Under the pieces are notes generated by a model. The model was given only the letters and a program-made list of their open reading frames with translations, was not told the origin of the DNA and ran no database searches. Source: Octopus vulgaris (lineage: Eukaryota). From it: 64,000 bases of DNA. The stretch is from assembly GCA_951406725.2 (NCBI GenBank), contig OX597820.1, forward strand, positions 68,944,001 through 69,008,000, written 5' to 3'. Positions within the stretch are counted from its first letter, which is position 1, and each line of letters begins with the position of its first letter. Made by a program: the position numbers and the translations under genes. Shown here piece by piece: positions 11,800 to 24,523 of this stretch.

Positions 11800-12115
11800 T
11801 ATGAATTCATCTGTCGCTACTTTCTGGGTTTAAATTCCGCTGAGGTCGACTTTGCCTTTCATCCTTTCGGGGTCGATAAATTAGTATCAGTCAAGTACCG
11901 GGTTCGATGTGATCGACTATCTCCCCCACCCACTAAGTTTCAAGCATTGTGCTTATAGAAGGAAGGATTATTTCTAAGGCGGTGAAGAGGTTGAATCTTT
12001 ACGATGCCGACTAAAATGCTTCAAGGCAATTCTGTCGGTTCTTTACATTCTGGGTTCAAATGACACCAAGGTAGACTTTGCCTTCTGACCTTTCGGGGTC
12101 AGTAAAATAAAGTAC
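11800..12115 (+). mobile_element. Two tandem SINE family C copies
   Basis: GACTTTGCCTTTCATCCTTTCGGGGTCGATAAA at ~11848 and a variant at ~12074. Confidence 0.75.
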
Positions 12116-12127
12116 AACTCGACTAAT

Positions 12128-12454
12128 GCCGAGACTTATTCTTTGTAAGCCCAGTACTTATTCTATCGGTCTCTTTTGCCGAACCGCTAAGTGACGGGGA
12201 CGTAAACACAACAGCATCGGTTGTCAAGCAATGCTAGGGGGACAAACACAGACACACAAACATATATACACACATACATATATATATATACGACGGGCTT
12301 CTTTCAGTTTCCGTCTACCAAATCCACTCACAAGGCAATGGTCGGCCCGGGGCTATAGCAGAAGGCACTGGCCCAAGATGCCATGCAGTGGGACTGAACC
12401 CGGAACCATGTGGTTGGTAAGCAAGCTGCTTACCACACAGCCACTCCTGCGCCT
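12128..12454 (-). mobile_element. Young SINE family B copy (tail end missing)
   Basis: Near-identical to the reverse complement of 49051-49380. Confidence 0.88.
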
Positions 12455-12464
12455 ATATGCATAC

Positions 12465-12510
<46 letters not shown>

Positions 12511-12542
12511 GTATACATATTTATATACTAATATGTATAAAC

Positions 12543-12609
<67 letters not shown>

Positions 12610-13054
12610 TACATATATACAGAGATAGAGAGAGAGGTGGGAGAGAGACACTTATATACACATGCACATACTTATATACACATAAATTCTCAATTAAAAA
12701 TTTATGTAACTCTCTCCTCATTCCCGTCGGAAGAATAAGATAAATTTGATATTTGATATTTAAGTAAAATTATGTTGGATATTCCCACGGGGCATTATTC
12801 AGTCATGAAATTTAATGCCAAAAAATTATGAAAAAGAAGGAAAATTACAGGAAAACGTAATAATATAATTAATTCCTTCTTGCATATTTTCTGTAAACAT
12901 TTAATTTTCGGCATTGCATTTTGACATTCTTTTCTATAGACGTATAGATTTAAATCGTACCACGATTTTTGTTAAATCTCTAATAAAATCAATAGAAAGG
13001 ACTTCTGTATGTATTGTGGGTGGGTTTGTGTATATAGGTGTACCATTTGCTTTT

Positions 13055-13092
<38 letters not shown>

Positions 13093-13154
13093 CTGTATAT
13101 ATATATATATATATAAAAATATGCATCTCTCTCTCTCTCTCTCGTTGTATATAT

Positions 13155-13207
<53 letters not shown>

Positions 13208-13487
13208 ACGTATATGTGTATATCACATAAAGTAATATCCACACATAATGAGGGATAATATAGACGCATAGATAGATAGCTGTATTGATACGTGGATGGA
13301 TAGATACATATACAGATATACTCTATCAGCTATCTATATATGTATATTAGATATGTATAAATGTATACCTGAGAATGCGTCTATGTGAATATTCCTACAT
13401 AAATATATCATCCCTTTTCTCTCTCTCTCTCTCTCTCTCTCATACCGTCTTTCTTTCTCTCTTCTCTTCCACCCAAGCACACATGCA

Positions 13488-13538
<51 letters not shown>

Positions 13539-13740
13539 GGAGGCTACTTCATATGTTGCATGTGAAGGTGTATATGATTACATAGTTTTCAATATTAATA
13601 TGGTTTAGTTTTGTAGCTAATTTCTGTCTCCTCATATCAGTGTGTGAGTATGATTGTTCATGAATAGATAAAGATACGTACTGTCTCTCTATTTACATGG
13701 ATAAATATGAAATAATAATTATATATAAATATATGTATAT

Positions 13741-13803
<63 letters not shown>

Positions 13804-14039
13804 TGCGAGTGTATAGAATTAGATTTTGAATTGTTTGTTCTTGTGCATTTTTAAGTGTCTAAACCAATTTATTTGATAACATTTAATAGTAATATATTCA
13901 GTATTATCTACTAATATCGTAGTGCTGATATTTGTGTGGTGATGGTTGTTCTTCAATTGGTGGTGGGGATGCTAATACAGTGATGAAAGTAGGTACAATT
14001 TGTCCATTGCAAACTTTATCAATTATTTCTCTATTACCT

Positions 14040-14305
14040 ATTTATTACCTCCATCGCCGCTATCATTATCAACAACGATAACGACATCAACACCGTTCCT
14101 TCGCCAATCCGGTGCGAGACCCGTAGAAACGATTGTTACCAATATCTATCTCCAACAATAATGTTAATTCCACCATCATTATCACCAACATATTACCACC
14201 AACATATTTCCCTCAAAAACCAACCACTCTTATTTTTTTTACCAAATGTATTTATATCTACCATGTTGGCGCCAACATATTCCATCGTCGTCGTCGTCGT
14301 CGTCG

Positions 14306-14341
<36 letters not shown>

Positions 14342-14360
14342 CCATCATCATCACCATCAC

Positions 14361-14392
<32 letters not shown>

Positions 14393-14406
14393 CCACCACC
14401 ACCACC

Positions 14407-14440
<34 letters not shown>

Positions 14441-14505
14441 TCATCACCACCACCACCACCACCACGACCATCATCATCACCATCATCATCCTCATCATCA
14501 TCATC

Positions 14506-14537
<32 letters not shown>

Positions 14538-15172
14538 TATCATCATCATCATCATCATCATCATGATCGTCATCATCATCATCATCATCATAACCGTCAT
14601 CGTCATCGTCATCGTCATCATCATCATCGACAACATCATTATCGCCGTCGTCATCGTCATTTTTTGTCGTAATCGTTGTCAAACATCATTATCGCTACTT
14701 AATCGTCACTATTATTCTCATCAGCCTCATTATCGTCATGACCACCAGTACCATCAACGAACGGCAGCCATGGTCGTTGATGCCGTAGTCGTATCCATCA
14801 TGGATGTAGCCATCATGGACGTAGTCGTCGTTATCGTGATCATCATCATCAAATTACTCTTTGGTATGGTCATTGCTATCATAATTATTATTGCTGCCAT
14901 CATTATTAGCGTTATAATCATAATCCTCCCCCACCCATCCTTCTCGTCATCATCATCACTATCGTCAACTCCATCTTCATAATCCTCACTTTCTTCATTC
15001 TTTTGATTACCATCATTTTCGCCGTTGTTGCTATCATCATGTCACTTATCTATATCATCATCATAGAAAATTTTCAGCGCCATCTTCATCATTGCCGTCT
15101 CCTCTATCTTTACCATCAACCAGGTGGTCTTTGATGCTCTCTAAATCATCTTACTTACTATCGTCGTCGTCG

Positions 15173-15203
<31 letters not shown>

Positions 15204-15220
15204 CATCCTCATCCTCATCC

Positions 15221-15279
<59 letters not shown>

Positions 15280-15430
15280 TGTATGAATTTATTATCATCT
15301 TCGTCATCGACATCGTTCTCCTTCTTTGCATCTCCTTCACCATCAGCTTCCTCACTCTCGCCATTACCGTTCCATTTCTGCCAGTACTGGGGCTACTGCT
15401 GAGGTTCTTGTTGTTGCTGTTGCTATACCT
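14040..15430. repeat. Compound (CAT/CAC/CGT)n trinucleotide tract
   Basis: Direct reading; source of the poly-H/I/S/D/M ORFs. Confidence 0.95.
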
Positions 15431-15604
15431 ATTCCATACTTCTTTAAGTACTCTGTGATCAACTTTAGTACAACCTTGAACATCATATCGTATTCTTATA
15501 CACAGAACATTGTGCAAGGTGTTTACCTGAAGAAGGACCTCACGACAAAATCTGTGGCATTATGTTTACGTGAGAAATCATTATTCCTCACGTTCTAAGT
15601 TTAA

Positions 15605-15659
15605 GTCGATAAAATAAGTACAAGTCAAATAGTGGAGTTGAATAAATTATATCTGTCTG

Positions 15660-15737
<78 letters not shown>

Positions 15738-15876
15738 AATCTATCTATTTACCCATCTATTTATCTATTTATCTATCTATCTAGATAGACAGACAGACAG
15801 ACAGGCAGACAGACAGACAGATTGATAGATATAATTTATTCAATTCTACCATTTCACTTGTACTTATTTTATCGAC
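15605..15876. repeat. Fold-back inverted duplication: 50-bp arms around (TATC)n/(GAYA)n
   Basis: 15605-15654 matches the reverse complement of 15827-15876 at 46/50 positions. Microsatellite polarity flips at TATCTAGATA (~15782). Confidence 0.85.
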
Positions 15877-15995
15877 CCTGGGGAGGATAAAAAATAATAG
15901 TTGCATTTGGTAGAACTTGAACGTAGAACGTGAGGGATAATGATTTCTCACGTAAATATAAATATATGTGTGTGTGTGTGTCTGTGTGCGTGTGT

Positions 15996-16031
<36 letters not shown>

Positions 16032-16032
16032 A

Positions 16033-17285
16033 TTAAGTTGTTAAGAAAGTTCTTCTTTTAACCTTTAAATTCAGATGCACATATCTCGGCTCAAACAAAA
16101 CTTTATTAAGCGAAATAAACACCATCAGAATCAACACACATTTGCCAACGCGAAGCAAGTATACTTATGTCAGTAGCGTAAAAATCCTGCATTCTGGTGG
16201 TAATAAAGTCGTTGAAGCCGTGTTTGGCATTGTCTTGGTTTTTGAAGCATTTCTCACGCAGGAATTTGAGATGCTTGAAATACGTGGTGGTCGGTAGGCG
16301 AGAGTTCTGGTGATGCAGAGTTACGTAGCTCAATTCGTTCAACTTCAGCAAGGTCAGTTGTGCGACGTGCGGTCGAGCGTTTTCGTGAAGAATTGGTCAT
16401 TTTCTATTGACCAATGTTGGCTGTTGTTGTCGGAGTTTCTTATGTATTTCATCTATTTGCTGACAGTACTTCTCCGCCGTAATGGATTCGCCTGGATCCA
16501 AAAAGCTGTGATGGATGAGACCAGCCGCAGACCACCAACAGTCACCATGATCTTCTTTTGGTGCAACTGTAGCTTCGGGAAATGCAGTGGAGCTTCGTCA
16601 GCGTCCAACCACTGAGCTGAGCGTAGCAGGTTGTTGTACAGAATCCATTTTTCATCGCATGTCACAATCCGGTCGATAAACAGGTCTTTCTTGTTGCGTA
16701 AAAGAAGGGAAGACGACACTTCAAAACGGCGTTGTTTTTTTTTGGGGGGGGGGGATTGTCGTTCAATTAGTGCGGCACCCATTTCTCACGTATTTTTGTT
16801 TTTCCAATCTCTTTCAAGTGGTTGGAAATTGTCGTATACGTTACGCCTAATTCAGAAGCAAGCACTCGAGCAGTTGTGCGTGGATTGGCTTCGACTAAGG
16901 CTCTTAGTTGATCGTTGTCGAGATCCGATGGCCGACCACTGCGCTTATCACCTTCAAAATTCTCATTACCGCTACGAAATTTCTTAAACCACCATTGTGC
17001 TGTACGTTCATTAGTGATATCGCGAGCTGTGTCAGCAGCTTTTCGGTCTAGCTTGAACTGGAATAAGAAATTTATGCGAATTTGCTTTTTGTTCATGTTG
17101 TATTCAACGTTCCGGAAAAATTGGTCTAATTAGTCAAAAAGAAAAAGAGTGATACGATTAGATAGAGCGAAAACCGGGTTTTAAAATGATATATAAAATC
17201 AAAGTTCTTTAACGAATATGAATTTGAAAACACATGATTTAAAACCAAAATTTAAAATTCCGCAAGACGTTTCTTGACAACCTAA
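16033..17285 (-). mobile_element. Near full-length decayed mariner element
   Basis: TIRs TTAAGTTGTTAAGAAAGTTCTT (16033) and reverse complement TTAGGTTGTCAAGAAACGTCTT (ending 17285); ~1.25 kb; left TA intact. Confidence 0.93.
16106..17096 (-). pseudogene. Mariner transposase (Hsmar1/cecropia-like), frameshifted
   Basis: ORF pieces: ERTAQWWFKKFRSG..RSGRPS..WVPH; DRIVTCDEKWILYNN..SAQWLD..KKIMVTV; HENARPH (second catalytic D changed to E); LASRWQMCVDSDGVYF. Confidence 0.93.
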
Positions 17286-17291
17286 GATATA

Positions 17292-17420
<129 letters not shown>

Positions 17421-17869
17421 GACAGATAATCACAAAAGTTGAGACCTTCTATCGAAGTATTATGTTTGAGTTTAAATTGGACCGAAGTTTTCTTCATTTA
17501 GCATTCTTCCTAGATCGATAAACTTAGACACCAATTGTGAAGTACTGGGGGTAGTATAATCGAACGTACACATCCTCAGATATTTCTAAACACTTGCCTA
17601 TATCAGAAATGTTATTATTATGCTATTACAAGGCGGAGAGCAGGAAGAATCATTAGCACGCCGGACGAAATGCTGCTAAACATTTTGTCCCTCTTTAGGT
17701 TTGAATTCTAATTCGACTTTGCCTTTCATCCTTTCGGGGTCGGTAAATAAAGAACTAGTGAAGCACTGTGGTTTATGATATCATTTTACCCAACTCACCC
17801 AGAATGCCAGGTCATAGCAGACGGGATAACGAAGCTATTACACGCTATGTCATTAGCAGGGATTCTATC

Positions 17870-18340
17870 TTGATATTTGGTGACAAGTGTCCTCAAACCT
17901 CAAGAACCTTTGCAATGATTCTTTTAGAATACAGGGGGATACTTGTTTGTAGGTCAACAATGTGAACCTCAATTCCAATATCTTTCACTCCCTTAGTTAA
18001 CGATTTTGGTTGTTATGCCAAGTGCATCAATTACCACAGAAATAATTAATGTTTAAGACTTCTGTTGTTTCTTCAGCTCTCTGAGAAGATCCTGATATTT
18101 ATCGATTTTGTTCAATTTCTTTGGTATCAATTCTGTTATCATAGGAAATTGCAAAATCTAAGATCTCACACTGATAGTTTAATTTATCCTCCATAATCAT
18201 ATCTGGTCTTCTTTCTTAAGTACAATACTCAGTCTTATAAGATCCTGTCATTCTTATTCTTTATCGCAGCATCTGATTCGTGTTCATACCAGTATCCTGG
18301 AACTTCGAAGCTACACTTTCGGCTAATATTTCAATGCATT
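17870..18340 (-). pseudogene. R4/Dong-type non-LTR retrotransposon 3' relic (RLE endonuclease)
   Basis: Minus strand WYEHESDA..RRPDMIMEDK..CEILDFAISYDNRIDTKE..KYQDLLRELKK..SVVIDALG, the PD-(D/E)xK RLE signature. Confidence 0.8.
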
Positions 18341-18376
18341 ACTACAACAACAACAACAATAACAACAACAACAACA

Positions 18377-18431
<55 letters not shown>

Positions 18432-18451
18432 AGTTCAGATAAAAATAATAA

Positions 18452-18672
18452 TAATTCTTTCTAACCAAAAGGCACAAGACCTGAAATTTGGTGGCAGGGA
18501 ACTATTCGATTGAATCAACACCACTGTTTCACTGGTACTTGATTTATCGACCTCGAAAGGATGAAAGGCAAAGTCAACCTCGGTGGAATTTGAACTCAGA
18601 ATGTAGCGACAGGCGAAATACCGCTAAGCATTTCGCCCAGCGTACTAACGATTCTGCCAGCTAACCACCTTA
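18452..18672 (-). mobile_element. Full-length SINE family C between (TAA)n tracts
   Basis: ACTGGTACTTGATTTATCGACCTCGAAAGGATGAAAGGCAAAGTC...TCTGCCAGCTAACCACCTT. Confidence 0.85.
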
Positions 18673-18687
18673 ATAATAATAGTAGTA

Positions 18688-18741
<54 letters not shown>

Positions 18742-18912
18742 TATCACCGAGCTGCTTCCCTTCCTCCTATTATTCCCTTCAATCCTCACATATTTATGAT
18801 TATCTCAAGTACAATACGTAAGTCGAAACTAATCAACATTTAATAATACCACACAGTAATAGTAGCAAAGACGGCAGATTTAAATAGATAACTGTTATAC
18901 TGTCGCCATGGC

Positions 18913-21064
18913 TACACAGGTTACCCACAACGATACAACTTCCTGAAGCACATGTCAATATGGAATACAAATCTCCAATTATACCACTCTAACGAAGTAC
19001 TAACCACAAAAAATATTAATATCATCTCTCTCTATATAAACGGCAGTTTGTCTGTGCGTGTTTCTGTGTGTCTGTTTGCTTGTACCCTCACCCTGACCAC
19101 GGCTTTCAACCGATTCTGATGAAACTTGACACACACATAGCCCAATGTCATAATTCAAAACTAACGCAGTGAAAATTTTGAAAAGTTCCCCCAGTTCTGA
19201 AAAAATCGATAAATTCGACATGGGGTCGAGAATCAGAAACACGAACCACAAACTGTCTAGGGGACGCAACTCCACCTTTTTTAAATCTCAAAAAAAATTA
19301 CCATCATTTTTTTCCATTTTTTTGCTATTTTTTGGCTATAACTCTCTAAAAATGCTTTATAGTTATTTCCCTTACAAACCTGAGCAACGCCGGGCGATAC
19401 TGCTAGTCTGCCATATTTTCCAAGGTGACTCACTTTCTCCTTTAATTTTCTACATAGCCCTAATACCCCTTACAAGGGCGCTTAACAGAACAGGATATAT
19501 ATATATTTTGACTACAAGAAAATAAGTCATCTATTTTGTATGGATGACTTAAAACTCTATGGCAAAGATAATAATTTACTTGAAGGACTGCTATATACTG
19601 TGAAAGCATTCAGTGATGACATCCCGATTGAATTTGGTCTCGATAAATGTACCAAGGCCACTTTCCAGAAAAGAAAATTGAAGATCTCACATTCAGTTGA
19701 GTTGGATGTTGACACAGTCATAAAATAACTTGATCAAGAACAAGCTTACAAATACCTAAGAATAAATTAGGACTCTGGCATTCAACTTGCAAGTATGAAA
19801 GAGAAGATCAGGAAGGAGTGTTTAGGAGAGTTTGAGCAGTCCTGAAATCCGAGTTAAATGCACGTAACAAGGTGTTAGCTTTAAATTCCTTAGCAGTTTC
19901 GGCTGTTATTTACAGTTTCAATCTGTTGAACTGGAATATGCGCAAAAAAGAAAAAAGATTGACAGGAAAATCCGTAAGCTGTTGACTTACAATAAGATGC
20001 ACCACCCAAAGGCAGAGGCATATCGTCTTTACCTACCGAGAGCTCAAGAAGGTTGAGGCTTGATCCAATTTGAAATCTCTTACAAAACCACTACAGCTGG
20101 ACTGGCCAAATATCTTGAAACATATAACCACCGGATGGTAAAGCTCGTCGAAAACCATGAAAGACGTAAGAAGCTTCACTCTCTTATGAAAGAGAGCAAA
20201 GAATTTTCAAGTGAGTTTATGCATAATACCCAGGTTGAACAGCATGATGAAAGTGCAGCAACTGTAGTTGCAAAGAAGGTGAAATCAATAGCAAAGCAAA
20301 ATGCGTTTGAAAATTTGACTGATAGATGGGAACAAAAACCTCTGCATGGCAAATATACGGCTCGTAGCAAGCAAGCTGATATAGACCAGAAAAACACCCA
20401 TCAGTGGATACAGAGCTCTGGGCTGAAAGCAGAGAGGGAGGCTTTATCTAGGCTGCCCAAGATCAGTGCTTATTGACCCAGAACTATCGAGCCAATGTGA
20501 TGAAAAATGGTGTAAACCCAATGTGCCTATACTGCAACAATGGGATAGAAACAGTAGACCACCTTATATCTGGATGTAAGGTTTTAGTAACTATAGAGTA
20601 CAAATGAAGACATGACAGAGTTGGCCAATGTGTCGGAATTATAAAGTCAAAACTGCTGACAAATGTTACAAGTACCACTCTGAAGCTGTAACTGAGGGAG
20701 AAAACGTAACTATTCTTTGGGGCTTTCCATTATGTACAGAACGGACCATCAAAGCAAATAAACCAGATATTGTTGTGACAATAAAGTATGTTTATTGATT
20801 GACATGAGCATACCCTGTGACCATAATATCTCGGCAAAATATTTTGATAAACTCAGAAAATTAAAAGATTTGCTAATCGAAATCGAAAAGATATGTCATC
20901 TCAAGACGGTTACAATACCAGTGATTGTAGGAGCTCTTGGAATGGTCAAAAAGGGAACTGAAGATTATTTAAGAATGATCCCTGGCTTGCCATCCATGCA
21001 GTAAGTACAAAAGATTGTTTTAACTAGTACGTCACACGTATTGAGAAGAGCATTATCACTGTGA
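18913..21064 (+). pseudogene. 5'-truncated R4/Dong-clade LINE: RT, CCHC zinc knuckle and RLE endonuclease, decayed
   Basis: IFQGDSLSPL, MDDLKLYG, FGLDKC, KPLHGKY, CLYC-x8-H-x4-C, *HD (RHD), NKPDIVV, IDMSIP..KDLLIEI..IPVIVGALG, QKIVLTSTSHVLRRALSL*. Confidence 0.92.
19025..19406 (+). mobile_element. Non-autonomous Helitron inserted in the LINE RT
   Basis: 5' TC, 3' hairpin CCTGAGCAACGCCGGG then CTAG, inserted between A19024 and T19407 without TSD. Removal restores the frame NINI-ICHIFQGD. Confidence 0.88.
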
Positions 21065-21565
21065 ATTTTCTTTCCCTTTCGCCCCTTGTAACTTCTGATG
21101 TTTTAGTGTAATTGGTGACTGAAACGCCATTGCGATGCACATTTGGATTGTTGGGAGCTAGTTGATAGAAGGGGCACATAAAAGTGATAGAGAAAAAGGA
21201 GGCAGCGACAGGAGAAAAATGTTCACCAAGTATACTCGGTCTGCAGTTCGACACCTGGGGAAGCAAGTCTATGCAGCCCAGCTACATTTTTATTTTTGTA
21301 ACCACAAACTTCATACTAACGTTTTGGATTTTCCTGTACTTTTTCTTAATGAATACTGTTGCAGTGTTAACTTCGTAATAGATTTTCAGTGCAGTTCGAA
21401 ACTTGAGCTTCATTTTGCTTTAAATCTACGGGTAATTTTTTTTCTCATAATGTTAATAGAAAGAATATTAACCAACAATATCAACAATTGAAGTCGGCAT
21501 TACACATTTGCAGCACATTCACAGCAAACTCGAGCATCGCCTCACTATACTTTTATTCATAGATT

Positions 21566-21954
21566 CGTGGAGGCACAATGGCCCAGTGGTTAGGGCAGCG
21601 GACTCGTGGTCATAGGATCGCGGTTTCGATTCCCAGACCGGGCGTTGTGAGTGTTTATTGAGAGAAAACACCTATAGCTCCACGAGGCTCCGGCAGGGGG
21701 TGGTGGTGATCCCTGCTGTACTCTTTCACCACAACTTTCTCTCACTCTTTCTTTCTGTTTCTGTTGTACCTGTATTTCAAGGGGCCGGCCTTGTCACTCT
21801 CTGTGTCACGCTGAATATCCCCGAGAACTAAGTTAAGGGTACACGTGTCTGTGGAGTGCTCAGCCACTTACACGTTAATTTCACGAGCAGGCTGTTCCGT
21901 TGATACGGATCAACCGGAACCCTCGTCGTCGTAACCGACGGAGTGCTTCCATCC
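21566..21954 (+). mobile_element. Full-length SINE family A, tail variant 2, with 11-bp TSD
   Basis: A and B boxes; TSD ATTCATAGATT at 21555-21565 and 21955-21965. Confidence 0.92.
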
Positions 21955-22027
21955 ATTCATAGATTGAAACTATGTCAAAACTTTGTTAACGCGACATCAA
22001 AGTCTGCCGTTTTAAGCGCAACTAAAA

Positions 22028-22061
22028 AACAAACCCGAGCAACGCTGGACTATACTGCTAG
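22028..22061 (+). mobile_element. 3' terminus of a second related Helitron (5' end not located)
   Basis: ACAAACCCGAGCAACGCTGGACTATACTGCTAG|T is homologous to 19375-19406. Confidence 0.7.
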
Positions 22062-22572
22062 TAGGAGAATAAAAACAGAAATACGAAAAAACGACGCAAT
22101 AATTTTTTTTGCCAAATCAGTCAGTAACATAATTTCCGGTTTCATTCGCAACTTCCCCTTATCTCTCAGTCTTTTCTATATGTGCTTATGTGTGTGTGTG
22201 TATATATATATGTGTATGTACAAGGACACGTATGCATGTATGAAAGAAAAAAATGAGTCTCCACTTTCCTCGAAAACTTAGAATAATTATTCGTTCTTCT
22301 CTGTTGAATTTTACAGTAATACTAACCTGTTTATTCAGGATTACTCGTTCGTCGCTGTCTGCAGAGTTGAAGATCCATCAGTCATAAAGATTTTTACTAG
22401 TCAAAGTCAGTTTAATATACCAAGAGGATCACACAGTCATTCCAATTATGGAAATCTGAAATTAACTAAAGATATAGCTTACACTGACCTTAGTTGTCAA
22501 AATTTTCTGCCTGTTATTTGTCCTTATTCGTTGTGTATAGAAATATAAATGGATAAAAATATGTAGGTTGAT

Positions 22573-22948
22573 CTCTTTTACTCTTTTATTTGTTTCAGAC
22601 ATTTGACTGTGGCCTTGCTGGAGCACCGCATTTAGTCGAGCAACTCTTTGTAAGCCTAGTACTTATTCTATCGGTCTCTTTTGACGTAAACACACCAGCA
22701 TCGGTTGTCAAGCGATGTTGGCGGGGGTGGGGACAAACACAGACACACAAACGTATACACACACATACATATACATACATATATATCACGGGCTTCTTGA
22801 AGTTTCCGTCTACCGAATCCATTCACAAGGACTTGGTCGGCCCGAGGCTATAGTAGAAGACATTTGCCCAAGACGCCACGCAGCGGGACTGAACCCGGAA
22901 CCATGTGGTTGTTAAGCAAGCTACTTACCACACAGCCACTCCTACGCC
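22573..22948 (-). mobile_element. SINE family B copy
   Basis: Colinear with the reverse complement of 49051-49456. Confidence 0.88.
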
Positions 22949-23453
22949 TTTATTAAATGTTACTTTTATCTCAACGTTGTTTTCCCTTCGTTTCTCTTAA
23001 TTCTTTGTTGAGCACATACGCACAGTTCAGTGATACAGATTATTTATTCTGGGCAAAAAAACAGTGGATCATATACTTGTTCTGATAGAATTCAGATGCA
23101 ATACTTTTTGTATGTACAAGGCTAGCAATTTCGAAACGAAGGTGCAAGTCGATATCTCTTTTACTCTTTGTTTCAGTCACTGGATTGTGGCCATACTGGA
23201 GCACCACCCCTCTGGTATTTATAAGCCTGATATTTGTTCGTTCAGTACCTTTCGCTGAACTGCTAGATGACGGGAACGGAAACAAACCAACGCCTAGTGT
23301 CAAAGCGGCGACCTGACCGAGTCATAACAGCGCCGGTCTAAATATTTACCGGGATGCGCTTGGTGCAAGAGTCTTACTTCAGAGACTCGGACCGACCCCT
23401 GCCTTGCGACTGGATCTTGTAGACAGAAAGTGTGTGTAAGCTTTACACATACG

Positions 23454-23508
<55 letters not shown>

Positions 23509-23839
23509 TCTCTCTCTCTCTCTCTCTCTCTCACATGCACACACACACACACTTGTGCAGACAAACATATCTAATAGATTCTCCTACTGATTTCGATGTA
23601 TAGAGTCAAATAACCGTACATAGCTGTTGAAAAACCCACAAAGATTATTTTATTTTAAGTGGCAAAGACTCGAGTAGGACCAGTCAGACTTTTAGGAAAT
23701 GCTGGTAGCAGAAAGTCGGTGCCAGGTTTCCTGTTAGAGTTCTCTATCACCTGGGTTCGTTGCCATCGCTACCGGAAGTCAAACCCACCCTCGTATGATA
23801 AATTAGCACCAAACCAGAAATTCTTAAGTCCTTGTGCAT

Positions 23840-23908
<69 letters not shown>

Positions 23909-24523
23909 ATACTAAATAATTAGGGTTCAGCAACGATTTGCCTCACCACACGCCGAATTTAGGAATAGCAGTCAAAAAGTCTTAGCTATTCCTTCTACTT
24001 TAAAGGGAGGTGGGGACAAACACAAACACACAAACGTATACACACACATACATATACATACATATATATCACGGGCTTCTTGAAGTTTCCGTCTACCGAA
24101 TCCACTCACAAGGCTTTGGTCGGCCCGAGGCTATAGTAGAAGACATTTGCCCAAGGTGCCACGCAGCGGGACTGAACCCGGAACCATGTGGTTGTTAAGC
24201 AAGCTACTTACCACACAGCCACTCCTACGCCTTTATTAAACGTTACTTTTATCTCAATGTTGTTTTCCCTTCATTTCTCTTAATTCTTTGTTGAGCACAT
24301 ACGCACATTTCAGTGATACAGATTATTTATTCTGGGCAAAAAAACAGTGGATCATATACTTGTTCTGATAGAATTCAGATGCAATACTTTTTGTATGTAC
24401 AAGGCTAGCAATTTCGAAACGAAGGTGCAAGTCGATATCTCTTTTACTCTTTGTTTCAGTCACTGGATTGTGGCCATACTGGAGCACCACCCCTCTGGTA
24501 TTTATAAGCCTGATATTTGTTCG
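22726..24523 (+). repeat. 515-bp direct duplication (22726-23240 and 24009-24523)
   Basis: Constant offset of 1283 bp with about 10 substitutions counted by eye; includes unique non-SINE sequence. Confidence 0.93.

Noticed and set aside
14133-14982. Long poly-His/Ile/Asp/Met ORFs
   Set aside because: Open in several frames on both strands only because (CAT)n lacks stops; no non-repetitive domain.
21567-21640. tRNA gene (also at 2005-2079, 49051-49125, 63350-63423)
   Set aside because: A and B boxes are present but there is no closed acceptor stem; each continues into a SINE body, one with a clear TSD.
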